Assembly (NCBI GenBank): GCA_965218425.1
Contig: OZ244621.1
Span: forward strand, 256,001-320,000
DNA: 64,000 nt
Reading direction: 5' to 3'
Source: an uncultured Candidatus Binatia bacterium
GTDB taxonomy: Bacteria; Desulfobacterota; Binatia; UBA9968; CAXXLF01
Below, one piece after another: positions 39,096 through 48,995 of the stretch. The position numbers and the translations under genes were made by a program. The first letter of the stretch is position 1, and each line of letters begins with the position of its first letter. The notes beneath the pieces are model-generated. The model ran no database searches and was not told the origin of the DNA. It saw nothing but the letters and a program-made list of their open reading frames with translations.

Positions 39096-40346
39096 TTACG
39101 AGGTCACGTTCGCTGTCGGCTTCTCCCGCAACTTTTCGCGCACCTGGGTGCCAAGAATGAAGGCCGTTCCACCGGCCATGGCCCCGAGGAAACCATAGGC
39201 TGCCCAATAACCCAATCCGCCCGATAACACCGCAAACATAGAGGTGCCGCCCGGAGCCCCAATGGTGCCTATGGTGTTCCATACCCCGTAGAACTTTCCG
39301 CGCGCTCTTTCTGGCGCGATGTCCGACCCGAGGGTTTGCATGTTACCGCTAGTGATACCGGTACTGGCGTATACACAGATATACGCGAGCACGAACATGT
39401 TGAAGGATAATTGAACGTAATCCGTAACGCCGATGAAGACGAGGGCCAAGGTAAGCAATGAGAAGCCCGGTACAAGAGTGGCTTTGCGCCCGTAACGGTC
39501 CATAATGAATCCGGAAGCGATGGTAATGGGGATGCCAATGGCCGTTACGGCGGTGGCCAAAATCCCTATGGCCTGGGGCGACAGGTCGTAGGCATAGGCG
39601 CCATAGAGGTTTAACTGCCCTGAAAAGATGGGACCGCGAGTCAGGGAAGCAAAAAATTGGGCGGCAAAAAAGATGATGACCTGGTAGGTGAGAAGTTCCC
39701 GGAAGCTAGTGCGCGTCGCCGGGTCGGCCTGCTTGCCACCGCTACTGGTACTCTTGATGAGATGGGGTGCCGTCTCCTGCGCCAGCTTGAAACTTGGAAT
39801 GATGGCGATGAGGGACAGCAGTGCATGGGCAATAAACGGCGCACGGATATCCCAGAAGCCAGCCAACAGCCCGCCAAGGGCCGGCGAAAAGAGCCGGCCT
39901 GCGTTCTGCATCGCGGTCATTGTGGTGATTTGCCGACCGCGCTCTCGGTCCGCTCCCGTATCCGCGATCATCGCCAAGCGCCCGAGGTGCCACATCTGCT
40001 CACCAACTCCGCTGATGAACCGGTAGACCAACAACTCGGGGAAAGTCTGCGCCACCGTAATAAGAAAAGCCGAGACGGCCAGAAGCACAGGGCCGGCGAG
40101 CAGGACCTTTCGGCGCCCGACCCGGTCGATGAGCAAGCCCACGGGATAACTCGAGAGAGTCATCCCCAGTTGGTGAACGATGATCGCTAGAGAGGCAATT
40201 TCAAAGGAGACCTGGAACGACTTGGCGTATACCGGCAGCGCGGGGACCACAATGCCGGTGCCTACGGCAAGGGTCATGGCCGGCACATAGATGGAAAGAA
40301 AGTTTTGGCGCGAGTATACACCGCCGCCTCGCTCAGTACTACTCAC
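39096..40346 (-). CDS. MFS transporter (paralog of 29020-30273)
   Basis: Long identical stretches with the paralog, e.g. YSRQNFLSIYVPAMTLAVGTGI and HLGRLAMIADTGADRERGRQITTM. Confidence 0.92.
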   Translation of the reverse strand: MSSTERGGGVYSRQNFLSIYVPAMTLAVGTGIVVPALPVYAKSFQVSFEIASLAIIVHQLGMTLSSYPVGLLIDRVGRRKVLLAGPVLLAVSAFLITVAQTFPELLVYRFISGVGEQMWHLGRLAMIADTGADRERGRQITTMTAMQNAGRLFSPALGGLLAGFWDIRAPFIAHALLSLIAIIPSFKLAQETAPHLIKSTSSGGKQADPATRTSFRELLTYQVIIFFAAQFFASLTRGPIFSGQLNLYGAYAYDLSPQAIGILATAVTAIGIPITIASGFIMDRYGRKATLVPGFSLLTLALVFIGVTDYVQLSFNMFVLAYICVYASTGITSGNMQTLGSDIAPERARGKFYGVWNTIGTIGAPGGTSMFAVLSGGLGYWAAYGFLGAMAGGTAFILGTQVREKLREKPTANVTS

Positions 40347-40442
40347 ATATTACTCCCAACAGTCAACGCTTTTCGCTTGACACTCTTTCTTCCTTGCTTC
40401 CCCCAAACCCTATCCCCTAAGCTTTGCGTTATGCTTCTTGCA

Positions 40443-42062
40443 CTATATGCATTTCGCCGTTGACCTTTTTACTTTTGCCTTTTTATCAATAAGTATTTCC
40501 CTTGCCGCGTTGTAACCGGGCAATCCTGTCACACCACCACCGGGGTGGGTTCCAGACCCACACAGATAAAGGTTATGGACTGGCGTTCGGTACTGCGCCC
40601 ATCCCCGTAGGGGACGAAGAGAGAAAAGCTGGCCCATGACCATATCCCCGTGAAAGATGTTGCCATGGGTCAGTCCAAAGTCCCGCTCGAGGTCTAACGG
40701 AGTCAAAACTTGCCGGTGAATAATCGCGCTTTTGATATTGGGAGCATAATTTTCCAACGTCTCAATGACTCGATCCGCGTAGCTGTCCCGGAAGTCATCC
40801 CAATTCCCTGATTTGAGACGGTAGGGTGCGTACTGGACGAAGATGGACATGATATGTTTACCGGGCGGAGCCAACGAATCGTCATAGGTTGTGGGAATAC
40901 AACACTCGAGCATGGGGTTGGTTGAAGGAGTCCCCTGCTCGGCGTCGCGCCACGCCTCTTCCATGTAAGCCAGGCTGGGGCAGATGTGAATGGTTCCTTT
41001 GTGCTGCGGCCCCGGCTGGAGCCCGGGAAGGGCAGTGAAATTTGGCAGCTCTCCCAGGATCAAATTGACCTTCATGGCATGACCATCCATTTTTAAACTT
41101 TCAATTCGACTGCGAAATGAAGGCGGCAGATCTCCATTATTCATGAGTGTCAAGAAGGTCTGCTTGGGATCGGCATTGGATACGATGGTCTCAGCCGCGA
41201 TTTCATCGCCATTGCTCATGACGACTCCCACGGCTCTACCGGATCGCGTGCTGATTTTTGCCACGGCTGCTTCACTCTTAATCACTACTCCCTTTGATTC
41301 GGCAGATCTTTTCAAGGCCTGCGTTATGCCGCCCATGCCGCCTTTGACAAAGCCCCAGAGACCCCTTTTGCCCCTCACCTCACCCATGCAATGGTGCAAC
41401 AACACATACGCAGAACCCAGGGTGGAAGGCCCTCCGTTAAACCCAATGACCCCGTCCGTGGCAAGAGTCGCCTTGACAACCTCAGACTGAAAATAATCGT
41501 CCAGAAATCCTTGCACGCTCCGTCCCATGACTCTGGCGAGCCCGGCTAAGTCTCTCCATCCGAGACGTATCATTTCGCCGCCAAGGGTGAAGGTTCTTTT
41601 CCAATCCTCCAGGGTGGTGGGAAGTACGTTGGCCGGTGTCTTTCTGAATTGAGATTCGGCAAAGACCGCCAGGCGGTTGATGAGTTCCTCATAGACGGGA
41701 TACTGCTCGGCGTCGCGCCGCGAGAACTTGGCGATTTCATCAAGGGTCTTTTTATGATCCTGCCAGAAAAGCAAAGATTGACCGTTAGGCAATGGCGTAA
41801 AGGAAGCGGGGTCCTTGGGAAATATGCCGTAACCGAAACGTTTCAGCTCCAAGTCTTCGATCACTCGTGAATCCAGCAAACTGCACACGTAAGATGCCGT
41901 GGAGACCCGATATCCAGGCAGCGGTTCCTCAGTGACGCACGCTCCTCCAACCACTTCCCGTCGCTCCACGACCAAAACCTTTAGGCCCCAACGTGCGAGG
42001 TATCCGGCAGTCACCAGACCATTGTGGCCTGCGCCGATGATAATAACGTCGAACCGTGTCAT
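40443..42062 (-). CDS. Phytoene dehydrogenase-like NAD(P)/FAD oxidoreductase
   Basis: GAGHNGL, VGGACVTEE, DSLAPPGKH, GNIFHG, CGSGTHPGGGV. Confidence 0.92.
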   Translation of the reverse strand: MTRFDVIIIGAGHNGLVTAGYLARWGLKVLVVERREVVGGACVTEEPLPGYRVSTASYVCSLLDSRVIEDLELKRFGYGIFPKDPASFTPLPNGQSLLFWQDHKKTLDEIAKFSRRDAEQYPVYEELINRLAVFAESQFRKTPANVLPTTLEDWKRTFTLGGEMIRLGWRDLAGLARVMGRSVQGFLDDYFQSEVVKATLATDGVIGFNGGPSTLGSAYVLLHHCMGEVRGKRGLWGFVKGGMGGITQALKRSAESKGVVIKSEAAVAKISTRSGRAVGVVMSNGDEIAAETIVSNADPKQTFLTLMNNGDLPPSFRSRIESLKMDGHAMKVNLILGELPNFTALPGLQPGPQHKGTIHICPSLAYMEEAWRDAEQGTPSTNPMLECCIPTTYDDSLAPPGKHIMSIFVQYAPYRLKSGNWDDFRDSYADRVIETLENYAPNIKSAIIHRQVLTPLDLERDFGLTHGNIFHGDMVMGQLFSLRPLRGWAQYRTPVHNLYLCGSGTHPGGGVTGLPGYNAAREILIDKKAKVKRSTAKCI

Positions 42063-42215
42063 GGGATGAAACCCTGGAACAAGAAGTCAAAAGGGTAAAG
42101 CAAAAAGGAAAAGAGAACGGGGTTAACAATAATGGCGAGGGACGGACCCATGAATCGCTGGTTGGTTATCATCTTCGACGACTCTTGCTCAGGCCTTTAC
42201 ACCAGGCTCTCAGAT

Positions 42216-42980
42216 TTACCGGCGCGAACGTCCAGTCCCGTGCCTTGAAGGCTCGCGCTCAATCTCGCTGCCAAAGGCCCCTGGTTTTCCGTTCAGGAAC
42301 TCCATAGCGATCCGGCCCGCCCCCGCCTCATCGGAAGTGACTTTTTCGGGATGACGGTAATCCTGCTTTTCAATGAACCGCTCGAGCTTGTCTCTCAAGG
42401 ACTTCGCCTTTTTTGCCTGGACCTCCATCAACAAATGGAAATTGGGATGGCTGGAAAAGCGCTCTTCGCTCATAAGAAAATGGGGCAGACAGATTCCTTG
42501 CGACTTCCCATAGGATTGAAAAAATTCTTCCTCCGGGAGTTGTTCCAAGAGCTGCTTCAGATGATAGGACTCGAATTGGCTCACATGGCGACAGACCGGA
42601 CAGGTCCCCTGCTTGATCTTTGGACGGATCTTCCGCTTATTTTTCACGAACACCGATCTGAGAGTTCGCTTTTTGCCGTCCCGTCCGATTCCCGCCAGAC
42701 GCTCAAATTTCTTCAGGAGATCCGAGGCAAGGATGGCGAAACCAACCTGAGGAGAACTGATTTTGGGAAGCTTGGATACTTGCCAGGTATGCCAATTGCA
42801 CAGCCCGAAGGAACGCATCAATTCCAATCGCGTTGGGACATCCATGATGCGCTCGTACATCATCATATCAAGGTAACCAAGGCCATCCTGTATAAACAGC
42901 AAACAAACGGGACACCCTGGTTCCTTCACGGCGTCCAATAGTTTGAAATAGGAGCGTCCTTTTCGTACCTGGGCCATCAC
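42216..42980 (-). CDS. DUF6062-like protein with a duplicated CPxC...CxxH module
   Basis: CPVC...GLCNWH and CPVC...GICLPH, QDYR. Confidence 0.7.
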   Translation of the reverse strand: MMAQVRKGRSYFKLLDAVKEPGCPVCLLFIQDGLGYLDMMMYERIMDVPTRLELMRSFGLCNWHTWQVSKLPKISSPQVGFAILASDLLKKFERLAGIGRDGKKRTLRSVFVKNKRKIRPKIKQGTCPVCRHVSQFESYHLKQLLEQLPEEEFFQSYGKSQGICLPHFLMSEERFSSHPNFHLLMEVQAKKAKSLRDKLERFIEKQDYRHPEKVTSDEAGAGRIAMEFLNGKPGAFGSEIEREPSRHGTGRSRR

Positions 42981-43307
42981 CTGTGCATAGCATTCCCCCT
43001 TCTTTTTTGACAGAGACCGAAAGCGTTCCGACTCAAACCATAACTCATTCTTCCTCCATCCCGGATCGACTTAAACCTGTCGCAAGGTGAGATGGAGTCG
43101 CAAATCTGACCCCTGCCTTGTGATCGAACGATTTTATCCCCCGGAGTTAAAAACCGCCTGCGATTCAGAACGCTTTTAGACGCCGCGCTCTCTCTGGCAC
43201 AAAGATCGCTCGTAGTCCTTGCTAGTCATCGCCGTACTTGAATCGGCCCCCATGGAACTCCCAGGCTTAACCGAGTCCTTGAGGTGCTGACTCAAAGGAG
43301 GATCGCC

Positions 43308-43526
43308 ATGAACAAATTCCATAAGACCGTGGTGGTCGGGTTGGTGACCGTATTCGCTTTTTGCCTGTTCGCAAGCTGTGGTCACTACGATGAAAGGCCT
43401 CAACTAGACTCCGCTTCCGCCCACCGGGGCACTGCCAACCGGCTTGAAGCCGGCTATGCCGGGTGGACCGCCCGACATGAAAGCAACGGTGTTAGGTGTA
43501 AAAACCTCAGACGGAACAGGTGCTGA
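43308..43526 (+). CDS. Small putative lipoprotein (possibly a remnant)
   Basis: AGGAGG RBS, hydrophobic N-terminus, LFASC lipobox-like. Confidence 0.45.
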   Translation: MNKFHKTVVVGLVTVFAFCLFASCGHYDERPQLDSASAHRGTANRLEAGYAGWTARHESNGVRCKNLRRNRC

Positions 43527-43739
43527 ATTCTTCCCTTATCCCAACACTGAGAACTTAACGCCAAACACTTAGTCATAATCTGCGGTTTATTGGCAAGAAT
43601 CTAACCGGTAGCTCATTTGGCACCCTCCGCCAAAATCCGGCGGCTCTGGACATTTTCACGCGATTGCAATATGGATGGCATTGTCCTGATCGGGAAAAAT
43701 CATGGTCCCGACCTGAAACCCATTTGGGGAGGTATTCCA

Positions 43740-45251
43740 ATGAGTGCGAAACCTGCTAAATCCCAGGCGTCCTTCCGTATTCTTGAGGCGACCATAGATG
43801 ATATTCAAGCCGCCTTTGGTTCGAAGCAACTCACCGCACGGCAACTGGTTCAGATGTATCTCAATCGAATCGAGGAGTTCGATCAGAAGGGACCCACCAT
43901 TAATGCGATTATTACCTTGAATTCCAAGGCTCTTGAAGAAGCAGACCGGCTCGATGCTACGTTCAACAAATCCGGACCCGTGGGCCCGCTTCACGGGATA
44001 CCCGTCATCATCAAGGACCAGTTCGATGCCAAGGGAATGCCCACCACCCTGGGTTCGTTGCTTTTCAAGGATTACTATCCGGATCGAGATGCCTTCGTCA
44101 CGGAGAAGCTAAAAAAGGCCGGAGCGATTATTTTAGCAAAGGCCACTTTGGGTGAATTGGGTGGCGGTGATACCCATGGTTCCCTTTTCGGATCCACGCG
44201 TAACCCCTACGATCCGGAACGAACGGTGGGCGGTTCCTCAGGTGGCACTGGAGCCAGCGTATCAGCAAACTTTGCTGCGGTAGGGGTCGGACAGGAGGGG
44301 CTGGCATCCATCCGTAGGCCCTCTACGTGGAACTCCATTGTCGGGATGCGACCGACGGCTGGCCTTGTGAGCCGCGGCGGTGTTTATGCCGGTTGGCCTG
44401 ACATCCATGGTTCTCTTGGCCCCATGGCCCGCACGGTGAGAGACCTGGCTATTGTTCTGGATGTAATGGTTGGCTACGATACCGAAGATCCCCTAACAGC
44501 AAGGGGTGTGGGTCATATCCCAGACAGCTACACAGAGTTTCTCGACAAGAACGGCCTCAAAGGGGCGCGCATCGGCATCTTGCGTGAATCCATTGGTTCT
44601 AATTCCGAGCCCGATTCCGAAGACTTCAACAAGATCACCGAAGTCTTCGACAAGGCAGTTGCCGAACTGAAGGCCGCGGGCGCCGAAATCGTCGACCCCA
44701 TCGTCATACCGAAGGTAAGGGATGCGCTGACCAAACGCTCGGGCAGTCCCACGGGGGCAGATGAATCCTTCAAGGTTTATTTCGGCAGGAGCAAGAAGTT
44801 CCCGTTCAAGTCCCGGGAGGAAGCCAGTCGGTCACCTGACTTTCCTCGAGTCATACAGCGCTCACGAAACCGTTGGCTTTCTTCCCCCGAACCAACCAAA
44901 CACTACGAGTACTTTACGACGCGAGACGAAATAATGAGTAATCTGCTAAAGGTGATGGCCGATCACCAGCTGGACGCCATCGTACACAAGGCAGTGGAAC
45001 ACCAGCCAACACTGATCAAAGACGGGCTCAACCCGCCATTCGTGGATCAAAAGGGAGCCCCCACCCTGAACACATTCTTGGTATTCGTTCCCTCCATCGT
45101 CGTCCCCGCGGGATATACCCGCGACCACCTGCCCGCAGGGATTTGTTTCCTGGGACGGCCCTACGACGACGGTGAAATGATCAAGCTCGCCTATTCCTAT
45201 GAGCAGGCAACCCATCATCGCAGGCCGCCCGCCAGCACCTCGGCACTCTAA
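43740..45251 (+). CDS. Amidase signature family protein
   Basis: GPLHGIPVIIKD, GGSSGG, ASIRRP. Confidence 0.93.
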   Translation: MSAKPAKSQASFRILEATIDDIQAAFGSKQLTARQLVQMYLNRIEEFDQKGPTINAIITLNSKALEEADRLDATFNKSGPVGPLHGIPVIIKDQFDAKGMPTTLGSLLFKDYYPDRDAFVTEKLKKAGAIILAKATLGELGGGDTHGSLFGSTRNPYDPERTVGGSSGGTGASVSANFAAVGVGQEGLASIRRPSTWNSIVGMRPTAGLVSRGGVYAGWPDIHGSLGPMARTVRDLAIVLDVMVGYDTEDPLTARGVGHIPDSYTEFLDKNGLKGARIGILRESIGSNSEPDSEDFNKITEVFDKAVAELKAAGAEIVDPIVIPKVRDALTKRSGSPTGADESFKVYFGRSKKFPFKSREEASRSPDFPRVIQRSRNRWLSSPEPTKHYEYFTTRDEIMSNLLKVMADHQLDAIVHKAVEHQPTLIKDGLNPPFVDQKGAPTLNTFLVFVPSIVVPAGYTRDHLPAGICFLGRPYDDGEMIKLAYSYEQATHHRRPPASTSAL

Positions 45252-45368
45252 CCATGCAGTGCAAGGTAATGGGCAAGAGAGTCGTGAGCGTGAATGTAGA
45301 TGGATGGGTACGGGCATGGCAGCCAACCGTATTTTTTTTAATCACTGTCTCTGGTAAGCTTGTCAACC

Positions 45369-46139
45369 ATGGATTACCTCGTTCTGCGAAGCTTGACCAA
45401 GCACTTTGACTCCGTTGAAGCGGTTAACGGGGTTAGCCTGAACGTTCAAGCCGGGGAGTTCCTCGTCATCATCGGCGAGAGCGGTTGCGGCAAGACCACA
45501 CTGCTGAGACTCATTGCAGGGTTAGAAGAACCAGACGACGGCATCATCTATATTGGCGGAGCCCCGGTCAATGACGTTCCCGCCGGGCAGAGGGGCGTGC
45601 AGATCATCTTCCAACACTTCGCCCTATGGCCTCATATGAAGGTGTACGATGAGCGCAATTACTCAAACATCAGCTTTCCTTTAAGAGTGAGGCGATGGGC
45701 GAAGGACAAAATTCATCGGCACGTCCGTTCCATCGCCCAGAGTCTTCAGATCCACGAGTCCCTCTTTCAGAGGAAACCCGACACCCTTTCAGGCGGAGAA
45801 AGGCAGCGTGTTGCCATGGCGAGGGCCATGGTCACAGCACCAAAGGTTCTCCTTATGGACGAGCCACTGAGCAACCTCGACCCTCACAGTCGAGCTTCCA
45901 TGAGGGCTGAGATACGTGACTTTCACGAACAGAATCGACTGACCACCATCTATGTCACCCACAATGTCGCCGACGGCATTGACCTGGCGGACCGGATGGC
46001 GGTGATGCGAGCTGGACGCATCGAACAGGTGGATACCGTTCAGGCCATCAAGGAACATCCCGTCAATGAGTACGTGGCGGATTTTTTCAGGCCCGAAGAC
46101 TTAAGATTTAGCCAGATCAAGTCCTGGGGCGGCCGTTGA
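45369..46139 (+). CDS. ABC transporter ATP-binding protein (MalK/PotA-like, short, orphan)
   Basis: GESGCGKTT, LSGGERQR, LLMDEPLSNLD, YVTH. Confidence 0.92.
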   Translation: MDYLVLRSLTKHFDSVEAVNGVSLNVQAGEFLVIIGESGCGKTTLLRLIAGLEEPDDGIIYIGGAPVNDVPAGQRGVQIIFQHFALWPHMKVYDERNYSNISFPLRVRRWAKDKIHRHVRSIAQSLQIHESLFQRKPDTLSGGERQRVAMARAMVTAPKVLLMDEPLSNLDPHSRASMRAEIRDFHEQNRLTTIYVTHNVADGIDLADRMAVMRAGRIEQVDTVQAIKEHPVNEYVADFFRPEDLRFSQIKSWGGR

Positions 46140-46207
46140 GGGTTTCACTAACTCATGGGGATAATACGATTACGGACAGATTCTAATTGTTATTGATGGG
46201 AGGAGTC

Positions 46208-47380
46208 ATGGCACAAAAACAGGCGAAGAAAAATGGCGCGACCCTACCGAATAACGTGAGCGTCGTTGACTGTGACGGTCATCTGGTGGAGTCCATTCCG
46301 GAATTGGCCGAGTTCATGGACCCAAGCATCCGGCGTCACGCGTTGTCTGGGGGCCGCAACCGGCAGGGGGTATTTCCTACATTGGACGGCATGCATTATC
46401 CCGACCTGGTCGCAGGGGAAGCAGCCCGCTTCAACGCGCGTCGCGACAACTGGACCCAGGCCAGTGAGCACCGCAAAGGCTCGGGGGAGGACTGCGCCGC
46501 CTTTGTGGAGAAAGCAGAAATCACAGACTCCGTCCTCTTTCCGTCGGAGGGTCTCTCCGTGGGCAACTTGCAGATGCTGGAGTACACCAAGCGGCTCTGC
46601 CAGGCCTACAATGACTACGTTGCGGATCGTTATATGAAGATGGACAAACGACTTCACCCTGCAGCGCTGATTCCCATGCTGGATCCCAAGGAAGCCATTC
46701 TGGAGATGCGCCGAGCCGTCAAAGAACTCGCGCTCACTGGAGCCATGCTCCCTTCCCGGGGTTTACCCCTGGATCTCAGCCATGAATACTATTGGCCGGT
46801 TTATGAAGAAGCCGCTTCCCTGGGCTGTGCCCTCGCCATTCTCGGCGGGGCCAACGTCAACCTCGGCATGGACTCGAGCCCCCCGCTTACCTCCAAGACG
46901 CTGCACCACTCGATCCCTTTGATGATCGCCCTAACGGGGTTTATGTTCAGTGGCGTATTCGACCGCTATCCTGACCTTCGAATGGGATTCCTGGAGGGCG
47001 GAGCCGGCTGGGCTGCATTTCTTGTGGACCGGCTTCACCGCCAGGAGAACGTGAGCATCGGCGGAATCACTAAGAGATCCTTCGCCGAGTACATGGCCAG
47101 CGGCCAGATCCTTATCGGCTGCGAGGGTAACGACCTGAGCCTGCCATTCCTGGCAAAGCATGTTGGCGTTGACGCCTTCGCCTACGCTTCGGACTATCCC
47201 CATGAAGTGGACTTGCCGGCGGCCAGGAATATGATCAAAGAGACCCTGGAACAACCGGAGCTCACACTGGAGCAAAAGGCCGCCATTCTCGGTGACAACG
47301 CGAGACGTTTCTTCCGACTTGAGAAGCGAGAGAAAACCAACAGTGATCTGTCCACATCACAGGACTCGATGGTCATCTAG
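46208..47380 (+). CDS. Amidohydrolase_2 family protein (central His replaced by Leu)
   Basis: VDCDGH, AYND, AILGG where paralogs have AVHGG, ASDYPHE. Confidence 0.88.
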   Translation: MAQKQAKKNGATLPNNVSVVDCDGHLVESIPELAEFMDPSIRRHALSGGRNRQGVFPTLDGMHYPDLVAGEAARFNARRDNWTQASEHRKGSGEDCAAFVEKAEITDSVLFPSEGLSVGNLQMLEYTKRLCQAYNDYVADRYMKMDKRLHPAALIPMLDPKEAILEMRRAVKELALTGAMLPSRGLPLDLSHEYYWPVYEEAASLGCALAILGGANVNLGMDSSPPLTSKTLHHSIPLMIALTGFMFSGVFDRYPDLRMGFLEGGAGWAAFLVDRLHRQENVSIGGITKRSFAEYMASGQILIGCEGNDLSLPFLAKHVGVDAFAYASDYPHEVDLPAARNMIKETLEQPELTLEQKAAILGDNARRFFRLEKREKTNSDLSTSQDSMVI

Positions 47381-47444
47381 CGTCATGTGAAGGACTCGTT
47401 GAAGCCTAAATTCACTTAGGCAAGACAAACAGGAGATTCTTCTT

Positions 47445-48215
47445 ATGTTACTCGAAGAACAGGTGGCACTGGTTACGGGAACAGGACCAAATCTTGGGAG
47501 TGAAATCGCGCGTACCCTGGCAGCCAATGGGGCCAAGGTGGTCTGCCTGGACGCGCGCCAGGACCAGGCGGAAACCGTTTCGGAGCAGATCCGCAAGCAG
47601 GATGGCGACGCCATTGCCGTTGCGGCTGACGTGACCAAGCCGGGAGAGGTTCAACGCGCGGTCATAACCGCGGTGTCCCATTACAAGGCGCTCCATATTC
47701 TCGTTAACAGCGCTGCCATCTCTCCCCGCACGGCCCTATTCGACTTCAACTTGGAGGACTGGCACCGAACCTTGGACATTATCTTGACCGGGACGGTACT
47801 GTGCACTCGCTATGTGGCAGAGAAGATGGTGGAGCAGAAACAGGGAGGCTCCATCATTAATATCCGCTCCACAACCGGCTATCGAGGTAGACCCGATGTG
47901 CTGGCCTATTCCACCGCAAAGGGTGGGTTAATGAACTTGACCAGGAGTCTGGCATTGACCCTGGCTCCGCACAAGATTCGGGTCAATTGCGTGACACCGT
48001 CTTCAGTTGGCGTTCCCCTCTCCAGTGCGGGACAGGGACGTCCCCGGAAGGAAACCGGGGAACCGAACCATATCCCTCTCGGGCGATGGAGTGAAGTGTC
48101 GGATCCGGCCCAAGCGGTCCTTTTCCTGGCCTCGCCCAACGCAAGCTTCATAACCGGTATCGATCTTCCGGTGGACGGCGGCACCCTGGCAAAGAGTGGC
48201 GGTGGGGTAGGCTAA
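47445..48215 (+). CDS. Short-chain dehydrogenase/reductase
   Basis: VTGTGPNLG, VNSAA, YSTAK, IRVN, VDGG. Confidence 0.92.
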   Translation: MLLEEQVALVTGTGPNLGSEIARTLAANGAKVVCLDARQDQAETVSEQIRKQDGDAIAVAADVTKPGEVQRAVITAVSHYKALHILVNSAAISPRTALFDFNLEDWHRTLDIILTGTVLCTRYVAEKMVEQKQGGSIINIRSTTGYRGRPDVLAYSTAKGGLMNLTRSLALTLAPHKIRVNCVTPSSVGVPLSSAGQGRPRKETGEPNHIPLGRWSEVSDPAQAVLFLASPNASFITGIDLPVDGGTLAKSGGGVG

Positions 48216-48316
48216 CCTTTCCTGAATTTCTGCTTTCTTCTAATGCTCCCGCTTGGACTGAATCAAATCCGCAGTGGGGAGCCCGGCCACTAACTCGATA
48301 AGAATTGAAGGCGCCG

Positions 48317-48784
48317 TCAGTCTCTGTCCCCCACCATGGTTCCACGGCAGTTACGGGTGCCGCAAAAGCAGGGATGGGCGGCTTTGGCCTTTTTCGTGTG
48401 GCGCTCGCCTAGTTGGAGGTTATAGTCATAGGTCAACTCTGCGCCGGGGCGAATCTTGCGGAGCGTCTCGATGAAGATATGGTCCTTCTCGTCTATGGTC
48501 TCACAGTTGGGCGTGCAGGAGTGATTGATCCAACGGGCGGAATTCCCATTCCTTGTGGCGTCGATAACAATCTTATCGTTGACTGTGAAGAGCATGGTAT
48601 GCGGGGAGTTTTCCTGTTCTTCACCGAATAGCCTATCCGCTTCCCTGTGGGAGATGCGCATGCCCTTGTACTCGATGAGGACGGTGCGCTTGGGGATGGC
48701 TCGGAGCGCAAAGACCCCTTTGCCGTGAATGCTGGATCTGCGGACCACAAAACGCCTGCCTTTTTCTTGCTTAAGACTCGGCAT
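48317..48784 (-). CDS. Bacterial SET-domain methyltransferase
   Basis: IHGKGVFA, RWINHSCTPN, ELTYDY, post-SET CFCGTRNC. Confidence 0.92.
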   Translation of the reverse strand: MPSLKQEKGRRFVVRRSSIHGKGVFALRAIPKRTVLIEYKGMRISHREADRLFGEEQENSPHTMLFTVNDKIVIDATRNGNSARWINHSCTPNCETIDEKDHIFIETLRKIRPGAELTYDYNLQLGERHTKKAKAAHPCFCGTRNCRGTMVGDRD

Positions 48785-48995
48785 AATCTCCTCCCGTTGT
48801 GCTTTTTGTAAACACGGCCCTCTAAAAAATGGACGGCCTGAATCGCGATGACCTATATTAGCAAGACGAAAGCTCGGAGTCACTAAAAAATTGGTGCAAA
48901 GTTTGGCTTGTTACCGCCGGCGATCCATGTTGACAAGGCGTCACCTCGTACTGTAAAAGCATTTCATATGATTGGACTCGAACACGGAGGTGATT

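Noticed and set aside
43065..43110. GEMM-I (c-di-GMP/cGAMP) riboswitch
   Set aside because: TAAACC-TGTC-GCAA-GGTG resembles part of the motif, but pairing is poor and the following GxAAAG and second stem are absent.
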